A stretch of DNA of 64,000 nt from an uncultured Anaerolineales bacterium. GTDB taxonomy: Bacteria; Chloroflexota; Anaerolineae; Anaerolineales; UBA11858. Of this stretch, positions 1-10,372 are shown piece by piece. How positions within the stretch are numbered: the stretch's first letter is position 1; each line of letters opens with the position of its first letter. The notes under the pieces were generated by a model, which was not told where the DNA came from, did not search any database, and saw only the letters and a program-made list of their open reading frames with translations. The DNA lies in NCBI GenBank assembly GCA_964603385.1, contig CAZRUS010000012.1, forward strand, positions 3,738 through 67,737, given 5' to 3'. The translations under genes and the position numbers were made by a program.

Positions 1-341
1 CCTCCCCGCAGGTGTTCTATCCCCAGCAAAACCAGCCCAGTGATACCTGCAGCTGTTAAACCAATCACCGACAACCGCCAGAGCAGCCTGGTCAGATGAA
101 TCCAAATCAAAAAACTGCCCGCCAGAAGAGGGATAAGGGCAAAAAAGGCGACGGCCGGCTGCCGAGAAACCAGCGAAAGATAAATCAGCAGGATCCCGGT
201 GGCAGACAGCAGCAAAGCCCAGGAGAAAGATAATCTGGCTGGACTCAGGACGAGGAAAGCCCCCCAGAGGATCACCATCATCAGCAGGGCCGCCGTCAGT
301 GTTATCCGAAAGCTGTTCTTTCTCAACAAGGCCATCATCAT
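1..341 (-). CDS. hypothetical integral membrane protein (N-terminal part; continues past the window start)
   Basis: My own minus-strand translation from the ATG triplets at 333-341 (MMMALLRKNSFRITLTAALLMMVILWGAF...) appears open to position 1 (fully checked by hand only down to about 210) and is strongly hydrophobic. It is absent from the ORF track because there is no stop in the window. Confidence 0.4.
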   Translation of the reverse strand, partial: MMMALLRKNSFRITLTAALLMMVILWGAFLVLSPARLSFSWALLLSATGILLIYLSLVSRQPAVAFFALIPLLAGSFLIWIHLTRLLWRLSVIGLTAAGITGLVLLGIEHLRG

Positions 342-474
342 CCCCGAAATATAATCCAACTAATAGTATATACGGAACGGATGACTTTTGGTTGTAGAAT
401 TTTGGGATTATTTTAATGATAGACTAGATGAAATGTATTTCCCGGTCAAATTTCATATCCACTGGAGATGAGAC

Positions 475-1926
475 ATGCCTCCTAAATCCGGAGCCCAGAT
501 CAGCCGGAAAGCATTTCTGCAGTCTGTGCTTATCCTGTTAATGATCATGATGATCGCTGGTGTGCTTACCCGTTTGGTTCCCCCAGGACAGTTCGACCGC
601 CAGCTGGTGGACGGCAGAGAGCTCGTTCAGCCGGGAAGCTACCGGATCGTGGATCGACCCAGCTATCCGATCTGGCGCTGGTTCACCGCTCCAGTGGAAG
701 TGCTCTGGGGGGAGGACAGCCTGCTGGTGATCGTCATCAGTCTGTTTATTTTGATGGTGGGTGGAGCTTTTGCAGTCCTGGAGCGGGCTGGGATTCTGCG
801 GGCCGGATTGGAGGTGATTGTGCGCCGCTTTGAGGGGCGAAAATATCACCTGCTGCTGCTGGTTTCCTTTTTCTTCATGGTCCTGGGGGCATTTTTTGGT
901 ATTTTTGAAGAGGTGGTTCCGCTGGTGCCCATCGCGCTGGCGCTTTCTTATTATTTTGGCTGGGATGCCCTGGTGGGATTGGGGATGAGCATCCTGGCCA
1001 CCAACCTGGGTTTTACGGCAGCCATCACCAATCCCTTCACTATTGGGGTGGCCCAGCAGCTGGCCGGTCTGCCGCTTTTCTCGGGAAGCTGGTTTCGGTT
1101 TCCGATTTTCATCGTGATTTATGGGATCTTTGGCGTCTTTCTGGTTCGCTATGCCCGGCGGGTGGAGAAAGACCCTCAGCAATCTCAGGTCTTTGGTGAA
1201 GATCAGGAACATCGAAAGCAGCCCCAGCAGATCAACCTGGATCTGCCGTCAGAAACAAATCCGAATCTCCGCCGCGCGGTGGCCTGGTTCACCGGGTTTG
1301 TGTTGGTAATTGTTTTGGTGCTTCTGGCAGCGCCGTTTATTTCCACGATTGCGGATTATGCTTTACCGCTGGTGGGAATCCTTTTCTTGATCGGCGGTCT
1401 GGGTGCCGGTCTGCTGTCGGATGTGGGCCAGAAATCGATCTGGAAGGCTCTCTGGCAAGGAATCCTCGGCATCGCTCCGGGAATTATCCTGATTCTGATG
1501 GCGGTCAGTGTTAAGCATATAATAATTTCCGGCGGGATCATGGATACCCTGCTCCACCGGGCTGCCAATTTATTCACCCAGACATCTGCTTATCTCTCTG
1601 CTGTGGGTATCTTTGTGCTTGCCCTGGCGATTGAATTTTTTGTCTCTTCGGGTTCAGCAAAAGCTTTCCTGCTCATGCCCATTCTGCTCCCGCTGGCCGA
1701 TCTGGTAGGCGTTACCAGGCAAATCACTGTCACCGCCTACTGCTTCGGGGATGGCTTTTCCAATATGTTTTATCCCACCAGCCCGGTTTTACTGATCTCT
1801 TTGGGGCTGACCATGGTCAGCTACCCCAAATGGCTGCGCTGGACCCTTCCCCTCTGGGGAGCGGTTTTCCTGGCGGCATTAGCTTTTCTGGGGATTGCCG
1901 TGGCCATCGGCTACGGTCCCTATTAA
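475..1926 (+). CDS. YfcC/DcuC-family membrane transporter (putative basic amino acid or C4-dicarboxylate carrier)
   Basis: 483 aa polytopic membrane protein. The N-terminus (SRKAFLQSVLILLMIMMIAGVLTRLVPPGQFDR) is typical of YfcC-family proteins. AT-rich promoter region upstream. Confidence 0.75.
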   Translation: MPPKSGAQISRKAFLQSVLILLMIMMIAGVLTRLVPPGQFDRQLVDGRELVQPGSYRIVDRPSYPIWRWFTAPVEVLWGEDSLLVIVISLFILMVGGAFAVLERAGILRAGLEVIVRRFEGRKYHLLLLVSFFFMVLGAFFGIFEEVVPLVPIALALSYYFGWDALVGLGMSILATNLGFTAAITNPFTIGVAQQLAGLPLFSGSWFRFPIFIVIYGIFGVFLVRYARRVEKDPQQSQVFGEDQEHRKQPQQINLDLPSETNPNLRRAVAWFTGFVLVIVLVLLAAPFISTIADYALPLVGILFLIGGLGAGLLSDVGQKSIWKALWQGILGIAPGIILILMAVSVKHIIISGGIMDTLLHRAANLFTQTSAYLSAVGIFVLALAIEFFVSSGSAKAFLLMPILLPLADLVGVTRQITVTAYCFGDGFSNMFYPTSPVLLISLGLTMVSYPKWLRWTLPLWGAVFLAALAFLGIAVAIGYGPY

Positions 1927-1943
1927 TCCAGCTGGCGTTGAAG

Positions 1944-3065
1944 ATGACCCTTCCTGGAGACAAGTTTCCTGTAGATTATTATCAGGCTCGAGACTGGTTC
2001 AGAGATCAGATCTGGAATATCCAAAAGGTCAGACCGGAGGCTGTGCTGCACAAGCAGCGGATCTCTCCCATTGAGGACCTGACTATCGATTGGATCATTG
2101 CATCCCCACAGGGAAAAAGAACCCGCTGTCTGATCCTCAGCACCGGACTGCACGGTGTGGAAGGGTTTCTGGGGGCGGCGATCCTCAAGCTCTTTCTGGA
2201 AGAATACTTCCCACGGTTAGTGGGAGAGGAGACCGCTTTGCTGCTGGTCCACTGTCTCAATCCCTGGGGGATGGTGAATATGCGGCGGGTGAACGCTGCC
2301 AATGTCGATCTCAACCGCAATTTCTTTATAAAGACGGATGATTTCCAGCAGGAGATCAATCCCGCCTATCGGCAGCTGATCCGTCTCTTCCAGCCGATGA
2401 GACCGCTGGGCAGACTGCAGGGTGAACGATGTCGGTTCTTGTTACGCCTGGCAGCGGCCGTTGTGAATAACGGAGCAGAGCAGATAAAACGAGCTTTTCT
2501 GTTAGGACAGAACAGTTATTCCCAGGGCCCCTATTTCAGTGGGAAAGACTACCAGCCGGAGAGCAAAATCATCATGGGGTTACTTCGGGAGCAACTGGAA
2601 AGCTATCAGCAGGTTATCCATCTGGATATTCACAGCGGCTATGGACCCCGCCGGCAGATGAGTCTGGTGTGTTCTCCACAGGAAGAAAAGCCCTCCAAAG
2701 AGCTGGCAGCGATGTTCGATTATCCGCGGGTGGTGGCGGCTGATCCAGCACAGTTCTATTCCATTCGGGGGGACCTGATTGACTGGTCCTATCATGTCAG
2801 TAGATCTGTTCCTGGTGCCAGCTACCTGGGGATGGCGCTGGAATTTGGTACCTTGGGGGATTCCTTTCCAGCCCAGATAGCAGGCATGATGCGGATGATT
2901 TTTGAGAACCAGGTTGTCCAGCAAGGAGGAATGGAATTAGCAGCCATCCACAAGGTCCGGGCAGATTTCCTGGAGATGTTTTTTCCTTCCTCGGATGCCT
3001 GGTGGCAGAAAGCCCTCCAGGATGCCCGCAGGGCATTTCAGGGGATTCTATCGGCGATAGGCTGA
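1944..3065 (+). CDS. DUF2817 / M14-like (succinylglutamate desuccinylase-aspartoacylase fold) metallopeptidase-family protein
   Basis: Motifs GLHGVEGF and NPWGMVNMRRVNAANVDLNRNF. The internal ATG at 1944 is chosen because the track start at 1830 overlaps the preceding gene. Confidence 0.65.
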   Translation: MTLPGDKFPVDYYQARDWFRDQIWNIQKVRPEAVLHKQRISPIEDLTIDWIIASPQGKRTRCLILSTGLHGVEGFLGAAILKLFLEEYFPRLVGEETALLLVHCLNPWGMVNMRRVNAANVDLNRNFFIKTDDFQQEINPAYRQLIRLFQPMRPLGRLQGERCRFLLRLAAAVVNNGAEQIKRAFLLGQNSYSQGPYFSGKDYQPESKIIMGLLREQLESYQQVIHLDIHSGYGPRRQMSLVCSPQEEKPSKELAAMFDYPRVVAADPAQFYSIRGDLIDWSYHVSRSVPGASYLGMALEFGTLGDSFPAQIAGMMRMIFENQVVQQGGMELAAIHKVRADFLEMFFPSSDAWWQKALQDARRAFQGILSAIG

Positions 3066-3366
3066 GCGGGGCTGGACCGTCAACGCAGGACCTGGACCGA
3101 TGTTGTCATGGTCAATCAAGCAGCAGCAGCTCAGGATAGCAGAGAGAATCATCTTCCAATTATTTTTCCAGGGAACGATTCCCGGTGATGTCTGGGGAAG
3201 AGGCCTGACTGGCAGGATGAGCGGTTTTTTGGGATGAACCCTCATGTCCTGTAGGGCCTGTCCAGGTGGCGTCTTTGAGTTGTGAGTCGGGTTTTGTTGT
3301 CATCCTTCAGCCTGGGTTAGACCACGAGGGTTTGTATTTGGGGGATGGTTTCCCACTCCCAGTGTT

Positions 3367-3960
3367 TCAGGGCATCTGAGCGGGATAGGCGGTGAGATCC
3401 AGCTGCAGGGGGGTGGTGGATACATAACCAGCTGCCAGTGCTCCGATATCCGGTCCATCCTGAGGAATCCCGGAGGGAGCGTCTCCGCTGATCCAGTAAT
3501 AATCGTTGCCGCGCGGGTCAGGGCGCTGGTAGTCAATGACATCGGGATGGATCTTTTCCAATCTCAGGGATAAGGCGATGCCGGGGACCCCGTTGATGAT
3601 GGCTTCCATCGCGGCAGTCACGGTCCCTGAGTAGGTTACATCATGGCCGAAGTTAGGCAGAGGGTTGATTCCGGAGACCACCAGATCAAAGGTGACGCCG
3701 AAATATCCCAGCAGACCCAGGGCAACACAGTCAGAGGGGGCTCCGTCACTGGCATAGGCTGTGGTATGATTTTCCAGGAAGACTTTGCGGACCCGCAGCG
3801 GGCGGTTTATGGATTTGACATGTATGATGGCCGACCAGTTGCGGTCGGGAGCCAGAATGGACACCTGACCGAGATTCTGGATTTCCTGGGCTAAAGCTAA
3901 CAGACCGGGTGCAGTTACTCCGTCGTCATTGGTCACTAGAATATGTGGTCTCGTGAGCAA
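3367..3960 (-). CDS. surE: 5'/3'-nucleotidase SurE (short variant)
   Basis: N-terminal ILVTNDDG motif and GINPLPNFGHDVTYSGTVTAAMEA core. At 197 aa it is about 50 aa shorter than canonical SurE. Confidence 0.8.
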   Translation of the reverse strand: MLTRPHILVTNDDGVTAPGLLALAQEIQNLGQVSILAPDRNWSAIIHVKSINRPLRVRKVFLENHTTAYASDGAPSDCVALGLLGYFGVTFDLVVSGINPLPNFGHDVTYSGTVTAAMEAIINGVPGIALSLRLEKIHPDVIDYQRPDPRGNDYYWISGDAPSGIPQDGPDIGALAAGYVSTTPLQLDLTAYPAQMP

Positions 3961-4127
3961 TCCTTTTTCTTGAGTGTAGATCTACACAATTAAGTCATGA
4001 CTATGATGCGGTTAACTGAAGGTTATTGTTTTGTAATAATTTATTAATCCAGTTCTCAATTCCGGATGACAGAATCAAACGGATGTGTTTGATAGATCGG
4101 GATCTCCATTGGCTGTAAGAATGGGCT

Positions 4128-5372
4128 GTGAGAAAGGACAGCGAGGATATGTCTATAAAAAATTATCTACCCTTTGTTGTTGTCATTGTGGTATTAATTG
4201 CTCTCCTGGCAGGAGTCCTTTTTCTGATTCTACCGGCAAACGGATCCTGGATTGACAGGGAAGCAGACCAGCAGGGAATTGGCTTCAGCACGGATGCCGT
4301 TCGTGCTCAGGTGGTGGAGATCCTGGAAGAGGGGGAGATACAGCTGGGTGAGGTAACCCAGCGGTACCAGCTGCTGCGGGTGGAGGTGCTGGAAGGGGAG
4401 TATCAGGGGGTGCAGTTTGATGTTGATTATGGAAGGCGGCAGATCAGGCCCGCGGGGCTGAATCTGTCACCTGGAGACCGGGTGATCGTCAATATCAGTA
4501 AAAATCAGCAGAACCTCCTGCAGGCCTGGTTTGTCGATTTTGTCCGCACCAGACCTCTGCTGATTTTATTTGCCACCTTTGTGCTCTTCAGCGTGCTGAT
4601 CAGCGGTTGGAAAGGGGTTCGCGGGCTGCTGGGGATGGGGATCAGCATTGCAGTGATCACCTTTTATATTATTCCTCAGATCCTGCAGGGAAAGGATCCG
4701 GTGCTGATCAGCGTCAGCGGGGCTTTCTTTTTGCTGGCGATATCTCTTTATCTGGTGTACGGCTGGACGCTGAAAACCCATTCCGCGGTGCTGGGCACAT
4801 TGATTTCTTTAATTATCACCGCCCTGCTGGCCAGCTATTTTGTCGACCTCACCCGCCTGACTGGGTTTGGCAGCGAAGACGCTCTTTTTCTGATCCAGCA
4901 GTCTGAGGTCACTCTCAATATGCAGGGGCTGGTACTGGGGGGAATGCTCATCGGTGCGCTGGGGGTGCTGGATGACCTGGTGATCACCCAGGCTTCGGTT
5001 GTCTTTGAGCTGTATCTTTTAAACCCCGATCAGGAGCTGGTTCCCCTCTACCGACGGGCGATGCGGGTCGGTCAGGACCATGTCGCTGCCACCGTAAATA
5101 CGCTTGTCCTTGCTTATGCCGGGGCAGCCCTGCCGATGTTTTTGTTGTTTTCCATCTCGGGGGAAAATCTGGGCACACTCTTGAACCTGGAATATGTCGC
5201 CGAGGAAGTGGTTCGGACCATGGTGGGCTCGCTGGGTTTAATTGCGGCAGTTCCCCTGACCACCTTGATGGCCAGCCTGATCGCTATCAAGGCTCCTGGA
5301 GACGGGCCTCTTCGACGCTACCTGGGGCCTCTGACCGCAGAAGGGGATGGGCACATTGGCCACCGACATTAA
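4128..5372 (+). CDS. YibE/F-family membrane protein
   Basis: N-terminal signal anchor, an extracytoplasmic domain, then about 6-7 TM helices typical of YibE/F. Start is GTG at 4128 or ATG at 4149. Confidence 0.6.
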   Translation: MRKDSEDMSIKNYLPFVVVIVVLIALLAGVLFLILPANGSWIDREADQQGIGFSTDAVRAQVVEILEEGEIQLGEVTQRYQLLRVEVLEGEYQGVQFDVDYGRRQIRPAGLNLSPGDRVIVNISKNQQNLLQAWFVDFVRTRPLLILFATFVLFSVLISGWKGVRGLLGMGISIAVITFYIIPQILQGKDPVLISVSGAFFLLAISLYLVYGWTLKTHSAVLGTLISLIITALLASYFVDLTRLTGFGSEDALFLIQQSEVTLNMQGLVLGGMLIGALGVLDDLVITQASVVFELYLLNPDQELVPLYRRAMRVGQDHVAATVNTLVLAYAGAALPMFLLFSISGENLGTLLNLEYVAEEVVRTMVGSLGLIAAVPLTTLMASLIAIKAPGDGPLRRYLGPLTAEGDGHIGHRH

Positions 5373-5391
5373 TCGAGGAGCGATATCGGGT

Positions 5392-6363
5392 ATGAATGTT
5401 CATATTGTCCATCCTCCGGAAGGCGAGGCCAGACAATTGCTGGAAGACTCCCTCCATCCTGATCTTAAAATATCCTACGGAGAGGATCCCCCGCCAGGAA
5501 GGCAGATTGAAATTCTGGTCGTCGGTCGACCCCAGAAGGAGCTCATAGAGCAGAATCCGACCCTGCGGGCGTTAATCATACCCTGGGCGGGAATCCCCAC
5601 AGGAACCCGAAAGCTGATGGAAGATTATACGGAAATTGCCGTTCATAATCTGCATCACAACGCGGTGCCGACGGCAGAGCTGGCACTGGCGCTGCTGCTG
5701 GCCGCGGCTAAAAAGGTTCTGGTCTATGATCGAGCGCTGCGGAGCAACGATTGGAGGCTTCGCTATCAGCCGGATGACACCATCCTGCTCCGGGGGAAGC
5801 AAGCCCTGATCCTTGGCTATGGGGAAATCGGCAGGCGGATTGCCTGGGTACTGCAGGCAATGAATATTTCCGTGTCAGCCATCCGGCGTCACGGAAGCGG
5901 AGAAAAGGAAGAGGGGGTGCGGGTCTATTCTCCACGCGAGCTGGATGCACTGCTTCCGGAAGCGGAAATCCTGATTCTGGCTTTGCCGCTGACAGCAGAA
6001 ACCCGGGGAATGATTGGAGAAGCGAGGCTGGAGCTGCTTCCCGAGAAAGCAGTGCTGGTCAACGTATCCCGGGGTCCGATCATTGATCAGAAAGCGCTGT
6101 ACCAGGCGCTCCGCAGCGGGGCGCTTGCCGGCGCGGGTCTGGATGTCTGGTATCACTATCCGGAAACTCCGGAAGACCGTCAGGAGACTCCTCCCGCGGA
6201 TTATCCCTTTCAATCCCTGGAGAATGTCGTGCTCAGCCCCCACCGCGGGGGGAAGAGTCCGTCAATCGAGAGCCTGCGTATGGAAGCCCTGGCGTCTTCA
6301 TTAAATCGAGCCGCAGAGGGAAATCCTATTCCCAATCTGGTAAATATTCCAGCCGGGTATTAA
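5392..6363 (+). CDS. D-isomer-specific 2-hydroxyacid dehydrogenase family protein
   Basis: NAD-binding motif LILGYGEIGRRIA and C-terminal VLSPH catalytic region. ATG at 5392 avoids overlap with the previous gene. Confidence 0.75.
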   Translation: MNVHIVHPPEGEARQLLEDSLHPDLKISYGEDPPPGRQIEILVVGRPQKELIEQNPTLRALIIPWAGIPTGTRKLMEDYTEIAVHNLHHNAVPTAELALALLLAAAKKVLVYDRALRSNDWRLRYQPDDTILLRGKQALILGYGEIGRRIAWVLQAMNISVSAIRRHGSGEKEEGVRVYSPRELDALLPEAEILILALPLTAETRGMIGEARLELLPEKAVLVNVSRGPIIDQKALYQALRSGALAGAGLDVWYHYPETPEDRQETPPADYPFQSLENVVLSPHRGGKSPSIESLRMEALASSLNRAAEGNPIPNLVNIPAGY

Positions 6364-6366
6364 GCA

Positions 6367-8142
6367 TCAATGGAGGGGGGGGCTTTCCTGGCCGGCCGCC
6401 GGCAGCGAGAAATAAAATGTACTGCCCTGATTGAGGGTGCTCTCCGCCCAGATTTTCCCCTGATGGGCTTCAATAAGATGTTTGGCGATCGATAAACCCA
6501 GCCCGGTCCCTCCGCCCGTGCGGGCCTGGTCCGCTTTGTAAAAGCGCTCAAAAATTCGTTCCAGGTCGCTTTCTGGAATGCCCGGACCGTGATCGGAGAT
6601 CGAAAAGACCACCGTATTCCCCTGAGAAGAAGCTTTCATGATAATATTTTCGTTTGCGGGGGAAAACTTGAGGGCATTGTGAAGCAGATTGACCACCACC
6701 TGCTCCACCCTGCGGAAATCAGCGGCCACCCGGGGAAGCGTTTCCGGCGCATCAACGATCACTTCCAGGGAGCGGCGCTCCGCCTGTTCTTTCATGCGGT
6801 CTCTGGCCTGGTTGAGCAGAAAAAGTGGGGAGACTGGATCCAGGTCCAGCGGTACCTGTCCGGATTCAATCCGGGAGAGTTCCAGCAGCTCTGCTACCAT
6901 CTGGGCCAGAGCGTCGACTTCGGTGTCTATCCGAGATAAAAAGCGTTTGGCAGCGGGAGGGTCCTCCAGCGCGCCGTCCTGCAGGGTGTCCGTCAGTGCT
7001 TTCAGGGAGGCCAGCGGGGTGCGAAGTTCGTGAGAGATATTGCTGATAAAATCCTGCCGGGTGGTTTCCAACCGGCGTAGCTGAGAAAGATCTTGAAACA
7101 GCAGCAGGGTAAAGCCTGGCAGGGTGTCTTTGAGTGGGATGGCAATTCCCTGCAGAAACGTATGTTGAGCCGGCAGTTCCAGGGAGGCAGATTGCCCCTG
7201 ACCGGTTTCCCTGGTCCTCCGCCAGAGCTCTATCCATTGATGCCAGCGAAGGACCTCCGCCACTGATCGACCTGCAGATTGTTCTGCGGTTGTCTGAAAG
7301 ATCTCCTCAGCAGCCGGATTGATCAAGGAGATTTCTCCCAGCGGATTAACCATGACCACCCCATCGGTCATCTGGTCAAGCACAGCTCGCAGGGTGCCGC
7401 TTTCCGACTGCAGCTCCTGGATTCTGGTCTGGAAGGTCCGTGACAGGCGATTGATAGAGCGGGTCAGAATACCAATTTCAACCTGCCCTTGAATGGGCGG
7501 CAGGATTTCCCGTTTTCCTTCAGCGATCTCCTGGATGGACTCCGACAGCCTTTCTATGGGGGTGATCACTCTGGAACTGATGACCAGGAATGCCGCCATG
7601 GCCAGCAGGGATAGGATGCCGCCAAAGAGGAGGATGTTGTTCCTCAGCCTGGCTGCGGAGGAATTGACGGTTTCCAGGCTGATATGCTGTCGGAGAAAAG
7701 CGATCTTTTGATCAGGATGGTCGACAGCAACAGCTGCGATCAAAAATTCCCCATCCTGATTTTCGTCCCGGATGGTGCTGCCAAAGCCATCCTGATCTGC
7801 TTCTCTGATCTCTTTTTTGATCAGCTGATTTCCGGCATCCGGCGGTTTATCTCCGGAGCTGGCCAGCAAAAAACCGTCCTCGGAGATCAGGCTGAGCTCT
7901 GAATCCGCTTGTTGTGCCCATTGATCAGTGAATTCTTGAAGCTGACTGTCAGACAGCGTATCTGCTGGAAGGTCTTCATAAACACGGCGAAGCAGCTCCA
8001 GCTGCTGACGGCTGCTTCTCTGGAGAAGGTCGATCTGGAAGTTTCGAACGCTGCGTTGCAGATTGACAGCGGTGAGCAGGGAGGCAAACCAGAGCAGGAG
8101 GGCAATGGGAAGAGCGGTTCGCCAGCGAAATCTTTCAAGCAT
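6367..8142 (-). CDS. sensor histidine kinase (TM-HAMP-PAS-HisKA-HATPase_c; PhoR-like)
   Basis: H-box FISNISHELRTPL, and N/G boxes (LHNALKF, DHGPGIP, GGTGLGLSIAKH). ATG at 8142 lies 1 nt after the regulator stop. Confidence 0.85.
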   Translation of the reverse strand: MLERFRWRTALPIALLLWFASLLTAVNLQRSVRNFQIDLLQRSSRQQLELLRRVYEDLPADTLSDSQLQEFTDQWAQQADSELSLISEDGFLLASSGDKPPDAGNQLIKKEIREADQDGFGSTIRDENQDGEFLIAAVAVDHPDQKIAFLRQHISLETVNSSAARLRNNILLFGGILSLLAMAAFLVISSRVITPIERLSESIQEIAEGKREILPPIQGQVEIGILTRSINRLSRTFQTRIQELQSESGTLRAVLDQMTDGVVMVNPLGEISLINPAAEEIFQTTAEQSAGRSVAEVLRWHQWIELWRRTRETGQGQSASLELPAQHTFLQGIAIPLKDTLPGFTLLLFQDLSQLRRLETTRQDFISNISHELRTPLASLKALTDTLQDGALEDPPAAKRFLSRIDTEVDALAQMVAELLELSRIESGQVPLDLDPVSPLFLLNQARDRMKEQAERRSLEVIVDAPETLPRVAADFRRVEQVVVNLLHNALKFSPANENIIMKASSQGNTVVFSISDHGPGIPESDLERIFERFYKADQARTGGGTGLGLSIAKHLIEAHQGKIWAESTLNQGSTFYFSLPAAGQESPPLH

Positions 8143-8143
8143 G

Positions 8144-8848
8144 CTAGCCCTCGAATCGATAGCCCACGCCTCGAATGGTGATGATGCGTTCAGGATTGGA
8201 GGGTGACGTTTCAATTTTTTCGCGCAGCCAGCGGATATGCACATCTACCGTGCGGCTGCCGCCGCTGAAATCCCAGCCCCAGACCTTTTCAAGAATGCTG
8301 TCACGGGACAGCACCTGCCCCTGATGAACCGCCAGGTAGTACAGCAGGTCGTACTCTTTCGGTTTGAGTGTCAGCAGATCGTCATCCATCCGCACCTCTC
8401 GCCGAACCGGGTCGATGATCAGGTTTCCGAAATTGAGCTGGTTCCCCCCGTTGGCGTTTTGTTCTTTGATTTCGTTTTTTACCAGGCGCAGGCGGCGGAA
8501 TTGGGCCTTAACACGGGCCATCAACTCGCGCATCGAGAACGGCTTGGTCAGATAATCATCCGCGCCGATTTCCAGACCGATCACCCGGTCAATTTCATCA
8601 TCCTTGGCAGTCAGCATGATGATCGGCGTGCTGATTTCATGGCGCAGGATGCGGGTGACTTCCACACCGTCCATCCCGGGAAGCATGATATCCATCAAAA
8701 TCAGATCTGGAGGCTCACTGCGGGCTGTTTCCAGCGCTTCCACTCCATCGCCGACCACCTCGACTTCATACCCAGCCCGCTCCAGACTGTATTTCAGCGT
8801 TTCCTGCAGAGCGGGTTCATCTTCCACGACCAGTATTTTTTGGGCCAT
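8144..8848 (-). CDS. OmpR/PhoB-family response regulator
   Basis: Receiver domain (ILVVEDEP...[14 protein letters not shown]) plus a winged-helix C-terminus ([15 protein letters not shown]...[11 protein letters not shown]). Confidence 0.9.
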   Translation of the reverse strand: MAQKILVVEDEPALQETLKYSLERAGYEVEVVGDGVEALETARSEPPDLILMDIMLPGMDGVEVTRILRHEISTPIIMLTAKDDEIDRVIGLEIGADDYLTKPFSMRELMARVKAQFRRLRLVKNEIKEQNANGGNQLNFGNLIIDPVRREVRMDDDLLTLKPKEYDLLYYLAVHQGQVLSRDSILEKVWGWDFSGGSRTVDVHIRWLREKIETSPSNPERIITIRGVGYRFEG

Positions 8849-9832
8849 TTATAAGGCTCCTTGCTTACGAAACCATTGTAAACTATCCTGAACAGTTTCT
8901 TCCAGCGGTCTGGTTTGCAGGTCGAGTTCCCTGACTGCCTTGGCAGTGCTGTACCCCTGCCAGCGGCGGTGGGCTTGAAGATGGAAGGGGGCATCCGGGA
9001 GCACAGCCAGGGCATCAGACAGCGTTAGGTAACTATCGATCAGCCAGGGAGGGATGGAAAACCAGGGAGGCGGGACACCGGCTTCGCTGGCAATTACCGC
9101 AGCAGCGTCCCGGACCGAAGTATTTTCCGCGCCGAGGATATAGCGTTGCCCCGGTGTTCCCTGCCGGGCGGCGTTAATATGGGCGGCCGCTGCATCTCTG
9201 ACATCGATGATGTTGATCACGCCCGAGGGGACTACCTTGGCCTTCCCGTGAGCAATGGCCAGCAGGATCTCTCCCGTGCTGTGGTGGACATCACCGGGAC
9301 CAAAGACCAGCGTCGGGTTGAGAATGATGGTTGGTAAGCCGCTCTGATTGGCTGTCAAAGCCAGCTCTTCCTGAATGATCTTGGATTCGTAGTATCCGTT
9401 GGTCGGGAGGGATCCCTTTTGATACCTGTCTCGTTCATCCGCCAGGCGGTTTTCTTCCTCCGGGGGGAGACCGATGGTGGAGAGGCTCGATGTAAAGAGC
9501 AGCTTCTCCACACCGCTTTGTTCGCCTGCCCTGATGACGCTGCCCATCTCCCGGGCAGCCTGGGCCGTATAGAGCGGGGTCTTACTCGGGTCATTTCCAG
9601 GAGGGTAGTAGCCGGCGGCATGGAATACCAGCTGGCATCCCTGCATGGCCTGCTGCAGGTTCTCTGTCTGATTGATATTTCCCTGAAACCACTTAATGGG
9701 GAAATCCGAAAGCTGTCCGACAGCTGTTGGATTTCTGCGCAGCCCGGAGACTGACCAACCTGCCTGGAGGGCGGCTTTGGCGATCTGGCCGCCGATGAAG
9801 CCGGTAGCTCCCAGCACCAGGACGCGGGTCAT
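8849..9832 (-). CDS. NAD-dependent epimerase/dehydratase (extended SDR) family protein
   Basis: Rossmann motif VLGATGFIGG and a YxxxK-type core (YYESK). Its stop abuts the response regulator start. Confidence 0.75.
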   Translation of the reverse strand: MTRVLVLGATGFIGGQIAKAALQAGWSVSGLRRNPTAVGQLSDFPIKWFQGNINQTENLQQAMQGCQLVFHAAGYYPPGNDPSKTPLYTAQAAREMGSVIRAGEQSGVEKLLFTSSLSTIGLPPEEENRLADERDRYQKGSLPTNGYYESKIIQEELALTANQSGLPTIILNPTLVFGPGDVHHSTGEILLAIAHGKAKVVPSGVINIIDVRDAAAAHINAARQGTPGQRYILGAENTSVRDAAAVIASEAGVPPPWFSIPPWLIDSYLTLSDALAVLPDAPFHLQAHRRWQGYSTAKAVRELDLQTRPLEETVQDSLQWFRKQGAL

Positions 9833-9835
9833 GCC

Positions 9836-10258
9836 TCAGGTCCCTTTTTCCCTGACCCGCACCTCGTCCAGCAAGAGTTCTTTTTCATCATCATAATCGA
9901 GGATTTCCAGAGCTTCTTCTAAGGGCAGCCAGCGGACCTTATCAACCTCGCCGTTTAATAATTCCGGATCCTCTTCTCTGGCGTCCATATGCCAGAACAG
10001 CACCACCTTGGGCACCCCTTTGCAGATGTAGGAGATTGAGCCGGCATACTCTTTGAGTTCCACCTGCCAGCCAGTTTCCTCCATCACCTCCCGGAGGGCT
10101 GCTTCTTTCCAGCTTTCTTCCTCTGTAAGCTTCCCTTTGGGAAGGGACCAATCCTGATGCTTATGGCGGTGGACTACGGCGATTGTTTGCTGATGGTTAT
10201 TTTCTCTCCAAACAATTCCCCCAGCAGCGTGAATGACTTTGGCGGCTGACTTCCTCAA
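9836..10258 (-). CDS. NUDIX hydrolase
   Basis: Nudix box GKLTEEESWKEAALREVMEETG. Confidence 0.85.
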   Translation of the reverse strand: MRKSAAKVIHAAGGIVWRENNHQQTIAVVHRHKHQDWSLPKGKLTEEESWKEAALREVMEETGWQVELKEYAGSISYICKGVPKVVLFWHMDAREEDPELLNGEVDKVRWLPLEEALEILDYDDEKELLLDEVRVREKGT

Positions 10259-10372
10259 TTGCTTCTACTCCTCCAGGCCCAAGTTTATATTTTTCCGTTT
10301 TATTTTATCACAGCAGCGTCTCCGGCCGGGTGATTGTCAACCGTCTGCCGGTGAAAACTGCAGGGGGAAAGG

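Noticed and set aside
3066-3366. Small ORFs (3048-3245 and 3300-3542, minus strand) in the convergent spacer between the DUF2817 gene and surE.
   Set aside because: - There is no RBS.
- The composition is odd (Pro/Cys-rich) and one overlaps surE.
- No motif was recognised. I treat them as non-coding.
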